Shown here in pieces: positions 29,930 to 43,514 of a stretch of DNA of 64,000 bases. The position numbers were made by a program, and so were the translations under genes. Source of the stretch: Eledone cirrhosa (taxonomy: Eukaryota); contig OZ024748.1 of NCBI GenBank assembly GCA_964016885.1, positions 52,948,001-53,012,000 on the forward strand. Reading direction: 5' to 3'. The notes beneath the pieces were generated by a model. That model was not told where the DNA came from. It worked only from the letters and a program-made list of their open reading frames with translations, and ran no database searches. Every line of letters begins with the position of its first letter. The stretch's first letter is position 1.

Positions 29930-30201
29930 TTAACCCTTTTAATGCCAATCTGCATGGAACCCACTTCCCCGTTCTACCTTACAAAACCATCCAGTTTAAA
30001 ATGTTTATATTTAAATTTATACCTTCCATCATAATGTTATGTTAGAACCTTTTATTAAGGTTTATTATGTTCCAAACATCAAGTTAATAATGAAGAAAAG
30101 TTATTTTACTAAATCCCTCTAAATTCTTGATTATTTTTCAAAGTTAATTGAAAACTACAGGCAGTGTATATCATTATGAAATATACTTGTGAAAGGGTTA
30201 A
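29930..30201. mobile_element. Second piggyBac-type MITE family
   Basis: TTAAcccttt ... aaagggTTAA; interior distinct from the 23865 family. Confidence 0.6.
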
Positions 30202-31362
30202 TGAATAATATAACTGCTGCCATGAATAAAACAGATTTAAATTAGCACACTAAATGCTGGTTCACCATTTGCAGACAAAAGCCCGTTGACATATATCATT
30301 TTGGAGAGTATTTTTATTTTCTATGCGAAAATTATAAAAAAAAATTGAATGAAAGTTAAAAATAAAGACTCCAATTTTATGAAAATGAAAAAAAAAAAAA
30401 CTTAATTTTTTTGTTTTGTTTAAAAAAACCCTCTAAATTTTCCTATAAACAACATTTTCAAATGTTTGTTTAGAATGTGAAGAATTAAGCAATAATATGA
30501 TGATTGCTCTCCTTCTTCAGCTTGTTATTAATAATATTAATAGTAATAATAATAATAACAATAATAATGATGATAATAATTTTTATTATTCTGTTCTCTG
30601 AGTAGTATTTGTTGTTGTTATTGTTGATTTTGATATTGTTGTTGTTGATGACAATGTCATCGTTGTTGTTGTTGTTGATTTCGATATTGTTGTTTATGTT
30701 GTTGTTGTTGTTGTTATTGATATTATTTTGTTTATATCAGTTAACATAAAAGCATGGAAAATATATTAATTAAACAAAAATAAAAAAGTTTGGCTTAAGT
30801 ATATTTAAATTCAAAGAGCAATTGTTCTGCCTGTGTATATGATTGTATGAGTATTGTCGTATGTAAAAGTAGAAATGAAGTATAGGGCATGAGTGTGTGT
30901 GTGTGTGTGCAGATCAGTCTAAGCTTTCATGTGTGTGTGTGTTTGTTTACATAAATAAAGGCCTGTATGTAGGCTCATATGTGTGTTTATATCTACACGA
31001 GTATAGATTTGCATGTGTGTTTACATGAATATAGGCCTGCATATGTGTGTGTGTATGCAAACATGAGTCTAGGTTTGGGTGTGTGTGTGTGTGAATAGAG
31101 ATACATGGGCATAGGTTTGTGCAAGTGTGTGTGTGTTTGTTTGCGGGAATATAGACCTGTGTGTGTGTGTGTGTATGTGTGTGCACACATAAGCCTAGAT
31201 TGTGAGTATGTGTGTGTATGCATAGGCTTGTATATGTGTGTGAATATCACTACCCTATCTCAATAAGCATAGAAAACAGATCTGAATGTATGAGAGTATA
31301 TATTCTATATAAATATATATCTATTGATAACAGTGTATATATTCCTTCTCTTTCTTTCTCTG

Positions 31363-31400
<38 letters not shown>

Positions 31401-31434
31401 TATATATATTCTCTCTCTTTCTCTCTCTCTCTCG

Positions 31435-31720
31435 CTATGCCATCTGGAAAACTATTTCCTGGTAGGGTCACCCATAGCGGACAGATCTGACACCCAGCGG
31501 CATCAGGGCCACCATCTTGCAACTTTGGTCTGCTAAATTCGCTATTAGAAGATTATTAACCCATCATTGATTGTCCAAAATGCTAATTCGTTCGTAACTT
31601 TTAATAAGTGCTATCAACTGCTTTATGCACTTAATTGATAAGCTTATTCGCTTTCAAGCCACGTTTACCTGTATGTAACTTGTCATAGCAAATGAACAAA
31701 CCCGAGCAATGCCGGGCTAG
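31435..31720 (+). mobile_element. Helitron 3' fragment
   Basis: Ends with hairpin cccg-agcaatgc-cggg then CTAG|T; 5' end unclear. Confidence 0.4.
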
Positions 31721-32634
31721 TATATATATATAAGTGTATATTCTATATAAATATATGTCTATTTATCAGTAAAAATAAATGGTCTTTCATCAGTTGCAAA
31801 GATGATTATTCTAGTCATTCAATGAAGGGAAATGCTTATTCATATCAAGGGAAATGCTTAACATATTGGTGTCTGAGTAGACTAGCGCACATTTACACAC
31901 ACATACATGCAAGCACACACACACACACACAGAAGCACACATACACACGAGCACATGTGCATGCATACACACACATGAGCACATGCACACACATAGACAC
32001 ACACGCATATGCACACAAACATAATACACACACAAGCAAACACAAACGCACACACTGAAGTACACATGCCCATACGAGTATACAAGTACACATGCACCCA
32101 GATACACACACAAACAAGTACAAAGTACATTAGCACACACACACATCCCTTGTCATTTTCTCACTTCCTCTCTCTCCTACCACATCTATCACTCTATATT
32201 CCCTCTCTTACTTATCCCTCCACTTCTCCTACCCTGATATATCCCTACTGCTATCCTGTCAAGCTGCTCATGCTGCTCATGCTGCTTTCCTAATCAACAA
32301 CCTACCTTCCCCTGCCACTCTCTTTCTACTCTTAGTCATCACTTTCTGTCGTTCACCCTATCAATCACAGTTGCCTTGAAAGAATGAATATTACATCCAG
32401 TGGATAGGTCTCTTTAGACTTGCAATGGACAAGACAACTTCTTTAGTGTTGGTGCCATGATAAAATGCACCCAGAACACTCTGTAAAGTGGTTGACAAAT
32501 TAATGGATATAATGTAAGTTAGAGAAGAGTCTTTAGTCATGTTAGTGACATGACAACATCTCTTGTCATTGGGCCATTTTAAAATGCACTCACAACAATT
32601 TGTTAAATGGTTCTATGAAAGAAAAGCACTTACT

Positions 32635-32863
32635 TTAACCCTTTAACATTTACATTACTCTATATATACTATTGGATTTTCACAGTAAAGGCTTTATCTC
32701 ACATAATTATCTCGCATAATATCGAATCTATAAGATTTTGATGTTATTTATTTTGAGAACAACACCTTAACATCAGTATAAGTGGCCAGTTACAGCTGGT
32801 TTAAACAGAAAGAGGTGAGAGAATTCTGGCTTGATACAGCCGGTTTAAATACTAAAGAGTTAA
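32635..32863 (-). mobile_element. piggyBac-type MITE
   Basis: TTAAccctttaacatt ... aatactaaagagTTAA; reverse of 23865 family. Confidence 0.8.
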
Positions 32864-33075
32864 AAGGTTTCTTTTAAAGTAGGTGGTTTTGTTTCATAGA
32901 ACCACAGACAGTTTTCACTGGGTTGGTATCAAAAGGGCTAATTGTAATTTTCTTCTTGGTTGGAGAAACTCAACAAAACCTATTTATTCATTTATGCATA
33001 AATATATATATAGGCATTCTTGCATATGATCTGTATATATGTGTTTTTATAAATATGGTTAAATGTGCTTATATA

Positions 33076-33122
<47 letters not shown>

Positions 33123-33149
33123 TTATATATATGTTAATCAGCATACACT

Positions 33150-33395
33150 GAGGATGAAGAACTCAGAGGAGACTGAGGTTAGCTGGACATGCTCACCAAC
33201 ATTCAGAGTTGACACTGCACTCAGTGCTCCTGTGGGAGCCCCTACATGGACACACTGGAAGAGGAAGACCGAGGTTGACATATGTTGATGCCCTAAGGAC
33301 AGATACAGGTCTCTTGGAGAGGTAGGACATAGCGGTGATGATGGACAGAGACACTGGAGAGAACTCGTCCATGGATCTCAGGAATTTTATCCACC
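33150..33395 (+). mobile_element. RTE LINE ORF C-terminal remnant (frameshifted)
   Basis: Joined frames read RRLRLAGHAHQHSELTLHSVLLWEP/HGHTGRGRPRLTYVDALRTDTGL. Confidence 0.75.
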
Positions 33396-33482
33396 CTACA
33401 TATATATGAAGGAGTTGTGGTAAGGAACCAGATGGCCCATAACGCACCAGAGTACTCAATACTTACGGTAGTAGAGTGGGTA

Positions 33483-33608
33483 ATAGGAAAATGTATGCCC
33501 CCGACGGCAGAGCTGAAACCGTTTCGACGGCTATTTCTGGACTTCTGAGTCCAGAAAAAGCCATCGAAATGGCTTGAGCTCTGCCGTCGGGGTCATACAT
33601 TTTCCTAT
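33483..33608. repeat. ~125-bp imperfect GC-rich foldback hairpin
   Basis: ataggaaaatgtatgcccccgacggcagagct...tttctggact tctg agtccagaaa...agctctgccgtcggggtcatacattttcctat. Confidence 0.88.
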
Positions 33609-33631
33609 ATATATATATATATATATATAAA

Positions 33632-34390
33632 GTTTAAAGGGTAAAGACACCCTTTGGTCATGAATTTATACCTAGAATGTCCCCCTTCCAGAGCACAATC
33701 CTGAGCAAGGTTGTTTGTGGAAGACCAGCAGTCACTCATGCATACCAGTACCCCCTCTTCACATCACATATAGTGTCCAAAAGAAAGTCAATAACCAATA
33801 CATCTTGACACCATTGATGTCACAGCTAATATATAAACTATATATACATCATATACACACTGTATATACACTATATAGACTGATATATCTTGGCACCATT
33901 GATGTCACAGCTAATATATAAACTATATATACATCATATACACACTGTATATACACTATATAGACTGATATATCTTGGCACCATTGATGTCACAGCTAAT
34001 ATATAAACTATATATACATTATATACACACTGTATATACACTATATAGACCGATACAGCTCGGCACCATTGACGTCACAGCTCATATATATACTATATAT
34101 ACATTATATACACACTGTATATACACTATATAGATTGATACAGCTTGGCGCCATAGATGTCACAGCTAATATATATACTATATATACATTATATACACAC
34201 TGTATACACACTATATAGACTGATACACCTTGGGAGCATAGATATCGCAACTCATTTCTGCAGCTAATTAAACTGGAGCAATGTGAACAATGTGAAATAA
34301 AGTGTCTTGGTCAAGGACAATGCACCCTGTCTGAGAATCAAACTCACAATCTCCTGATTGCAAACCCAATGCTCTAACCATTCAGCTTCA
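33632..34390 (-). mobile_element. SINE (28343 type) carrying an 85-bp internal array, ~5 copies at 33804-34235
   Basis: Flanks match 28343-28652 in reverse; unit cttggcaccattgatgtcacagctaatatata...ctatatagactgatatat. Confidence 0.75.
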
Positions 34391-34674
34391 CTCACACACA
34401 CATATATCTATGTGTGTCATCAAGCGATGCGCACATATGGTTATTTTTTCAAATCCAATTGTCTTCTAGCACGTGGCTTGAATTATTTTCAGAATTCATT
34501 GACCTGCGCATGTATTGTTTTTTGGCGCTAATCTCCTTCCTCCTATTTTCGAGACAGTGTGAGATTTTGTTTAGAACTGCTGGGCTAACAACCTAGCAGC
34601 TCCCTCAAGCACTGATGGTGATTATCGCTAAATATTGATGTTCATTTGGTTATCAATATTAATATTAATGGGCA

Positions 34675-34801
34675 CCCACTGAAGAATTATAAGAGCCTAC
34701 TTGAATAAGTATCTGTTGATCTTATACAAGCTTCTACATAAATTGGTATAATTTCACCCAACTTGTAAAAATCTTATAGTGAAACGAGACGTCCGTCTGG
34801 G
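34675..34801 (+). ncRNA. Type I hammerhead motif with ~95-nt stem II domain
   Basis: ccca CTGAAGA attataaga [77 nt] tcttatagt GAAA cg agacgtc cg TC tggg; 9-bp stem II base, GUC triplet. Confidence 0.65.
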
Positions 34802-34993
34802 AAGAGATATATTTGATATATCTCATATGAAATGATACAGCCAATTATCCACACAATACAATTAGTTAGCACACCGAACGTTTAATTAAGAATATACTCA
34901 GGTATTTCCTAATGATTGTTGAGTGAGTTGGAATTTGTCCGGAGTATCGCTTTTAGTTTTCTCCGATTATGTATTTATATATATATATATATT

Positions 34994-35067
<74 letters not shown>

Positions 35068-35479
35068 TGGGGTGAAAAAATTGAGAGGAATTCAGAGAGG
35101 CTGTGTACGATATATATAGAGAAAAGACAAATTGCGGAACTTCTCTGATGGAAAATTAGGAAAATGTAGGGAGGGACACAGTAATACAGAGAGGGTGGGA
35201 GAAAGAGGGGCAAGGGGGGAGAGGGTGGGAGAAAGAGGAGGAAGGGGAGAGGGTGGAGAAAGAGGGGAAAGGAGAGGGAGTGTGTGTAAATTAGGGAAAT
35301 GAAAATTAATAATAATAATGATAATAATGATAATGATAATGGAAAAAAAAGCAAATAAGATGAGAAATGAAGAGAAAAGCAATGAGAGGCTGGCTGGGAG
35401 GTTGTAGAAATGATAAGGGTGGATAGGGGGGGTAGAAACACGTGTTAAAACATTTGAAATCACTGATGGTGGCTTTCTT

Positions 35480-37100
35480 GAGCTGTGATGGTGGTAGTAA
35501 AGTCTGTCGTGGTGGTGCTAGCATTGGTGGTGCTGTTGGTGAGGGCTGCGGTTGTTGTGGTGCTGGTGAGGGCTGTCAGGGTGGTTGTACTAGCATTGGT
35601 GGTGGTGCTGGTGAGGGCTGTGGTTGTTGTTGTTGTGGTGCTGGTGAGGGCTGTCAGGGTGGTTGTACTAGCATTGGTGGTGGTGCTGGTGAGGGCTGTG
35701 GTTGTTGTTGTTGTGGTGCTGGTGAGGGCTGTCAGGGTGGTTGTACTAGCAGTGGTAGTGGTGGTGGTGTTGGAAATGGTGGTGGTGGTGCTGGAAGTGA
35801 TGGTGGTGAGGGTTGTAGTAGTGGTGAGGGTTGTGGTAGTGGTGCTGGCAGTAGTGGTGGTATTGATGGTTGTTGTGGTAGTAGTGGTGGCAATGGGGTA
35901 TATAGGAGAAGTTTGTGGTGGTCATTATAGTGATGATGATGATATTATCGAAGGTTGTTGTTGTGGTGGTGGTGGTGGTAGTGGTATCAATGGGAGTGGT
36001 GTAGGAGTGGTGTAGGAGTGGTGGTGGTGGTTGTGGAGAGAGCAGGGACAAAGCCATGAGGTGTGGGAGAGGGAGGTATCTGAGATTTAAACAGACAAAT
36101 CCTTAGAGGGAAATTGGAATGATGGTGGGAGGGGGATGAGTGTTTATAAGATGGGGAGGCTTAATGAAGGCATAGGAGGTGGGAGGTTTGAGAGAGGGAG
36201 AGGAAAGAGAGAAAGATGAAGAAAAAGAGAAATGCTGTAATATGTTGAAGAAGGGTGTGGGTGGTAATGATGGAGGTGTGTTATGGTGTTGTTGGGTGTG
36301 GGGCTGTGCAGAGGAATTTTGGTGATGGTGATGGTGGTGGTGGTGATGATGATGGTGGTCGGGATGATGATGATGGTGGTGGTGATGATGATGGTGGTAA
36401 AGGTGATGATGATGATGGTGATGGTGGTGGGGATGATGATCATTATGATGTTGGTGATGATCGTGGTGGCGGTGGTGATGATGATGGTGGTTGTGATGAT
36501 GATCATGGTGATGATGATTGTGGTGATGATGGTGATGGCGGTATCTTTAAATATTCCTACAGTCAGACTCTCCATTTATTCCACATCTCAACCAATGGTT
36601 TTTCAGTGCGCTGATTTATGTCAACTAGCCCTGCCACTACATACTATATCAACTACTACCACCACTACAACCACTACAACTACTACTACTACTACTACCA
36701 CTACAACCACTACAACTACTACAATTATCACAACTACTATCACCAACATCATAACCACTGCAACTACTATCACCACCATCATAACCACTGCAACTACTAT
36801 CATCACCAACATAACCTCTACAAACACTAACACCACAACCACTACCACACCAACCACCACCTTAACCACAACAACCTCTACAACCACTATCACTATCAAC
36901 ACAACTACCCCCCAGCATATCTACTAAAAGCACTACCACCACAACCTCTACCTCCATCACTACCACCACTACCACGACCCACATAACCATTACCACAATG
37001 CCACTACTGCAACAACCATAATTGTCACTACTCCAAGCACCATAGCCACCACTACAACCACTACAACTACCAACACCATCAACGCAACAACAACAACACT
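35480..37100. repeat. GGT/GAT/CAC low-complexity tracts including ~3 copies of an 81-bp unit
   Basis: agcattggtggtggtgctggtgagggctgtggttg... repeated at 35520-35750. Confidence 0.85.
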
Positions 37101-37315
37101 AGTATCTGACTGTAGAGTCTGATTGACATAAGACTAGTATAATATCGGGGTTGTGGGGTGGTGCGCTGATATGGTCCATTCTAACCTGATCTTTGCTAGT
37201 TCCCTGATCTTTGCTAGTTCCCTGATCTTTGCTGGTTCCCTGATCTTTGCTGGTTCCCTGTTTCTTTGCTGGTTCCCTGATCTTTGGGATCATTGAAATC
37301 AATTCCTCAACAGTT

Positions 37316-37544
37316 TTAACCCTTTAGCATGTAAACCAGCCATATCCGGCCAAAATTCTCTCACCTCTTTCTTTTCAAACCAGCCGTAACCAGCCACTCA
37401 TACTTATGTTAAGTTATTGTTTTCAACATAAATAATATCAAAATCTCATAGATTCGATATTATGTGAGATAATTATGTAAGATAAAGCCTTTACCAAAAA
37501 AATACAATAGTATTTGTATAGTAATGTAAATGCTAAAAGGTTAA
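37316..37544 (+). mobile_element. piggyBac-type MITE
   Basis: TTAAccctttagcat ... atgctaaaaggTTAA. Confidence 0.82.
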
Positions 37545-38084
37545 AGAGAAATTCCTTGATGTGACCCCAAATTATAGACAATTATGACATTATTTCGGCC
37601 CTGGTGTGTAGTCAATGTGACTGAAATAAGGGGAAATATTTGTTAAAACATGTCTCCAGTTCTGTTAGAAATTGTTTTTCTCCTCAATTTTTTGTGAACT
37701 TTCAACTAAATTGACCTTCAAAATAGTTACAATGAGTTTTTTTCAAGAAAAAAAAGGAAAGGATGTATCCTTGGAGCTTCCCATCCATGGAGTTTTCTAT
37801 CAGTGGATGGTTTTGGGCAGAGTTAGGTTTAAACTCCAAGAATCCAATACTCTTCCCCCTTTTACTGAGGTCAGATTTCTCATCTGCTTTCAACTATCCT
37901 GACCTTCAAGAGCAAACAACTTTTTTTTTCCAGAAAAAAACTTGTTTGTGATGCTTTTGGAGGTCACTTGGTGGTGATGCTTTTGGAGGTGCATATGGAA
38001 AAAATTATGTGGAAAAATAATTCTAACTGAATAGGAGAGGAGATGGCCGTTTTTTTGAAAGGGAGCTTTATTTACTTAATATTG

Positions 38085-38155
38085 GTGTCTGATGAGATCA
38101 CGTAAATGGTTACATAAAATCAAGTGACCACAGTCGTCATTGAAATATGTATCAC
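38085..38155 (+). ncRNA. Degenerate hammerhead motif
   Basis: gtgt CTGATGA [46 nt ending tcatt] GAAA tatg TA tcac; weak stems; ..tcattGAAA shared with 14616. Confidence 0.35.
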
Positions 38156-38291
38156 AGCTTTATTAATAAAAGATAATTTAGCATCTACAACTTTGCATTT
38201 TTCTCATTTTAATTATACTCAGTCATTCTTATTTTGAAGAAGTAACATGACATAGGGTGCTAGAAATGAATTGCATCAATATTTACCAGAA

Positions 38292-38355
<64 letters not shown>

Positions 38356-38395
38356 CACACATACACATATATATATATATATTATATATACACAT

Positions 38396-38449
<54 letters not shown>

Positions 38450-38677
38450 CACACATACACATATATATATATATATATATATTATATATACACACATACA
38501 CATATATATATATACACATATATATATTATATATACACACATACACATATATATATACACACATATATATATATATATACACATATATATACACATATAT
38601 ATATACACACATATACATATATATATATACACATATATTTATACACATATATATATATATATACATATATACATTTC

Positions 38678-38709
<32 letters not shown>

Positions 38710-38758
38710 CATGTATATGTATACATACATGTATATGTATACACACATGTATGTATAT

Positions 38759-38819
<61 letters not shown>

Positions 38820-38826
38820 CATTTAC

Positions 38827-38859
<33 letters not shown>

Positions 38860-39156
38860 TATACACACATACGCAGAACAGAAACACACAGAAACAAAAA
38901 TAGTTAAAAAAAGGAAGTGAAAATTTGAGTAAATAACAGTTCACATGTTTAGCAGTAATTAAACAAAATTAAAGTAACGAGTGTGTTAGATGAGTTAATG
39001 CAGGCAAGCCTCCTCCCCCCCTCCAGTTGAATAACAGCTTTGTCTAATAGATCGACATACAAATTAGCTTCAGCAGGAAATGTTATATGAGCTTCATACT
39101 ATGTGTGTGTCTGTGTGTGGTGGATATATATGTATATATATATATGTGTGTGTGTA

Positions 39157-39212
<56 letters not shown>

Positions 39213-39372
39213 TGTGTGTGTGAATATGTATGTGTCTGTGTGTGGTGGATATATATGTATGTATATATATATGTGTGTATGTGTATATGTGTATATATAT
39301 ATGTGCATGTGTGTGTGAATATGTATGTGTCTGTGTGTGGTGGATATATATGTATGTATATATATATGTGTG

Positions 39373-39410
<38 letters not shown>

Positions 39411-39453
39411 AAAGAAATCAAAGAACGCCTACATACTCAAACAATTTTTATTT

Positions 39454-39498
39454 GCTGACAATGTTTCATCCATACCATGGGGCAGGAATCATCAGAGC
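39454..39498 (-). ncRNA. Type I hammerhead motif
   Basis: Minus strand: gct CTGATGA ttcc tgcc ccat ggta t ggat GAAA cattg TC agc; GUC triplet, only 3-bp stem I. Confidence 0.6.
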
Positions 39499-39707
39499 TT
39501 TATAAACAAAAATACAGTGCTGAGTATAAGCTCTACCAAGCTTAGTCACATGAACATTAAAAATACAATAGAGGGTAACAAGTGGGAAATGGGGAGTATG
39601 GAAAAAAAAAATATATATATATATATATACATATACATGTGTGTGTGAATATGTATGCGTGTGTGAATATGTATGTGTGTCTGTATATATATGTGTGTAT
39701 GTATATA

Positions 39708-39743
<36 letters not shown>

Positions 39744-39776
39744 GCACGTATGTGGGAATGTGTGTGTGTATATATT

Positions 39777-39812
<36 letters not shown>

Positions 39813-40062
39813 AATAAATGCATATATATGTGTGTATATATATGTGTATATCTGTATGTGTATATATATATGTATATGTATATACATCTGTGTGTAATTG
39901 GCTATGTATGAACACATTTAAGTTGGTTTATGCGTTTTAAGGATATATTTTTATCACCATAAATTTATCTACATAAATACATATATATGTAAATACACAC
40001 ATAATAATAGATTCATACATACATACATATATATGCTACATTATACACCCCCATAAATGCTG

Positions 40063-40122
<60 letters not shown>

Positions 40123-40185
40123 TAAAATAACAGATTAAAGTTTAAGCAAAGAATCGCTGCTTCATATATATATATATATAATATA

Positions 40186-40224
<39 letters not shown>

Positions 40225-40226
40225 TA

Positions 40227-40268
<42 letters not shown>

Positions 40269-41312
40269 CAGCATTTAATTCTTTCAGCTTTAATAACTTA
40301 ACATAAAATACTCTCCATACTCTCTCCTGACATCAGATACTGTAGATGTAGGGTTCAATTCCTAGCTAACATCTCTGTCTCCAGGGGTACATTAGCTGAT
40401 TCTCTCAGCTATTTGTTGCAATTGACTATTATTATGCTCATTTGCTTTGGGATACATGCATTTCATAATACTCTACTACATCACAATCTAGTCTTGAGTT
40501 TGTCATTTTTCTTGTGTTGGATTGTTTATTCTCATAAGCAGACATGTTCTAATATATAGGGTGTATTTATAAATATATTCACACACACACTCTCTCTCTA
40601 TCTCTCCCTATCTCTCTCTCTCTCTCTCACACATTTTCTTTCGAAGCCTTATATAATGAAATAGTTCTTGTCCTGTAAATGTAATTTCTATATATAATAA
40701 AGATGTCTAAGTTCTACCAACGTATTGAGTACCTTTTTTAACTATGGTTACCTCTTGACACAACTCAGGAACATATATATATATATATATATACTTCAAA
40801 TTTTAAACATATATTTAGAGAGAAAGAAAGAGTTATATATATTTAAGAAACACAGTGTTTTGTACATATATAAAATACAAATAATATTCAAGAAAAAATA
40901 CATACTTTAAGGTGGAAAACGTTATATTTTCCTTACTGTATTGTTTCATTTTCTGAATAATATCTGACTCTTTCTCTCTCTCTTAATATATCTTTTGAAT
41001 TTGAATTATTGATGCTCTGAATTAAGGTCCATTGAGCTTATTTAATGAGAAATATGGTCACATACATGTTAAATAGATTTTGGTACCTTAACATTGAGTA
41101 TTGCTGCTCAAAATTTATTAATATGTTGAGTTGATTCAACTGTGACTGATATTTCACTGCTCTTTCTAGCCAATAAGACGTCCAGTCCTATTTATATCTG
41201 CCCTCGTCTTTAAACCTTTTTTTACCCTATGTGGAGTAGAAGCTTATATAGACTCTCTCCTCTCAACAGATATAAATGTATTTTGTACAGTGTGGGACAT
41301 ATGTAATGACAA

Positions 41313-41445
41313 TTCCCCCTGGTGATTAGTTCCTTGTCTTCCATTGGTTTTAGCGGAATCAATAGTTAGTATTCGATAATCGTATTTTTAGATGGATTTT
41401 GCTTTTGCCTCAGTAAGTTGGACTGTGAAACAGTACTGTAAGGAA
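41313..41445 (+). ncRNA. Degenerate hammerhead with long stem II
   Basis: ttcccc CTGGTGA (core substitution) ttagttc...ggactgt GAAA cagtactg TA aggaa; palindromic acagtactgt stem III. Confidence 0.35.
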
Positions 41446-41589
41446 AATATAACTTTTTCCACATTAAAGTATGTATTTTTTTTCTGAATATTATTTTTAT
41501 GCAATATAGGCAAGAAGTAAAAAAAAAAGCAAAGAAGACCGTATGATGAAGAAATATATAAATTCAACACTTGATATACTAGGAAAAGA

Positions 41590-41626
41590 GTCTGTATGTT
41601 TTGGACACTAGTCCTTCATCAGAAGA
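41590..41626 (-). ncRNA. Decayed hammerhead of the 4893/8401 family
   Basis: Minus strand: tctt CTGATGA a ggac tagt gtcc AAAA (GAAA mutated); flank gaatgagaaat shared with 4931. Confidence 0.4.
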
Positions 41627-42235
41627 TAGAATGAGAAATAAAAGATGAAATAGAAAGATAAGGGAACAAGAAGATGAAGGAACAGAAAAAAGTTTTTGAG
41701 GAAAACACATGTGGATTCTGTCAGCCATTTTGGGAAAAATTACAAAAATATATATATATAGTATATACATACTTTTACATTCACACACATATACATACAT
41801 ACATCATCATCATCATCACCGTTTTATGTCTATTTTCTATGTTGGCATGGCATAGATGGGTTATCAAGTTCTGAGATTCAAGAGAACAGATGACACCGGC
41901 CTTCCTAAATAATTAATTCTGTCATAGTTTCTACAACTAGATGTCCGTCCTAATATTTTACAGTACATGTCCATCCTAATATTTTACAGTACATATGTAC
42001 TGGGTGCATTATATTGTGACATCTGCACCACCACCTTACCGAGTAGACTGGAGACTTATTGTCAGGACTCCAGTAATATAACTTAACAGGGTAGACTGGG
42101 CGCATTATATCAGGACATCTGCACTATCACCTTAAGGAGTGGACTGGAGAGTTATTGTCAGAGTACCAGTACTATAACTGAACGAGGTAGGCTGGGTGCA
42201 TTTTATGGTGAAACCAGCTATAGGTACGTATGCAT

Positions 42236-42292
<57 letters not shown>

Positions 42293-42536
42293 TATATATA
42301 TAAGTATATATATATATATATGTATTATGTATGTGTGTATGTGTATGTGTATTTATGTATTTATGTATGTGTGTGTGTGTATGTATATGGGTATGTACAT
42401 ACATGTATGTATATATATATATATATATATACATACATACAAGGTCTATATATGTATGTGTGTGTATGTACATATGTATACAAGCTAAATGTCTATTTAA
42501 TAAGAACACGGATCAAGTGAGAAAGTTTTAAGTTCT

Positions 42537-42720
42537 ATTTTTCTTTTTCTTCTTTTTCTTCTTTTTCTTCTTTTTCTTCTTTTTCTTCTTTTTCTTCTTT
42601 TTCTTCTTTTTCTTCTTTTTCTTCTTTTTCTTCTTTTTCTTCATTTTTTCTTCTTTTTTTCTTTTTCTTCTCCTTGTTCTTCTTTTTCTTCTTTTTCCTC
42701 TTTTTCTTTTTCTTCTTCCT
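42537..42720. repeat. (TTCTTTTTC)n pyrimidine tract
   Basis: 9-bp unit repeated. Confidence 0.9.
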
Positions 42721-43005
42721 TCATTGTTATAGTAATTATAATCAAGATTATTATTATTGTTCTTATTCTATTAATAGTATCATTACCCTTATTTTTATTA
42801 TTGTTTTTGAGGTTGTTGTAGTAGTATTAGTATTATTAGTAGTTGTTATTGTTGTAATAACAGTAATAGTTGTTGTTGTTGTTGTTCTACTCCGGATGTG
42901 ACATCTGCTATTTATTAAATGTTTATCCCTGCTAAATACTCCTTACTAAATTTTACAAGTGATGTGATTTAACTAGCTGCAAAAGAGATGGACATATACA
43001 GCTAT

Positions 43006-43063
<58 letters not shown>

Positions 43064-43345
43064 TTACATACATACTTACATACATATATACTTACATACA
43101 TACATATTTACATACATACATATTTACATACATACATACATTCATATATCCTTAGATACATATATGCTTAGATACATATATACTTACACATATAAACACA
43201 CATACAAACATACATAAATATATACTTACATACATACACTCATATAGAAACATCAACATATACAGACCCATAACAGACATGCTTGAATACACACATATAT
43301 ATGTATATGTGTGTGTATGTATATATATATATTTATATATATGTA

Positions 43346-43412
<67 letters not shown>

Positions 43413-43514
43413 ACGCAACACATACAAACTTATAAAGATTCACAAATCATACATAGGCACATAACAACAACAGCAATGTAAAATATTTTAAGACCATGTC
43501 CTGACAAACTGGGT

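Noticed and set aside
35130-35175. Additional hammerhead (ctgatgg..gaaa.atgta)
   Set aside because: Core mutated and no stem II
35442-35930. Gly/Cys-rich keratin-associated-like ORF
   Set aside because: GGT/TGT low-complexity DNA open in several frames; no start context or other support
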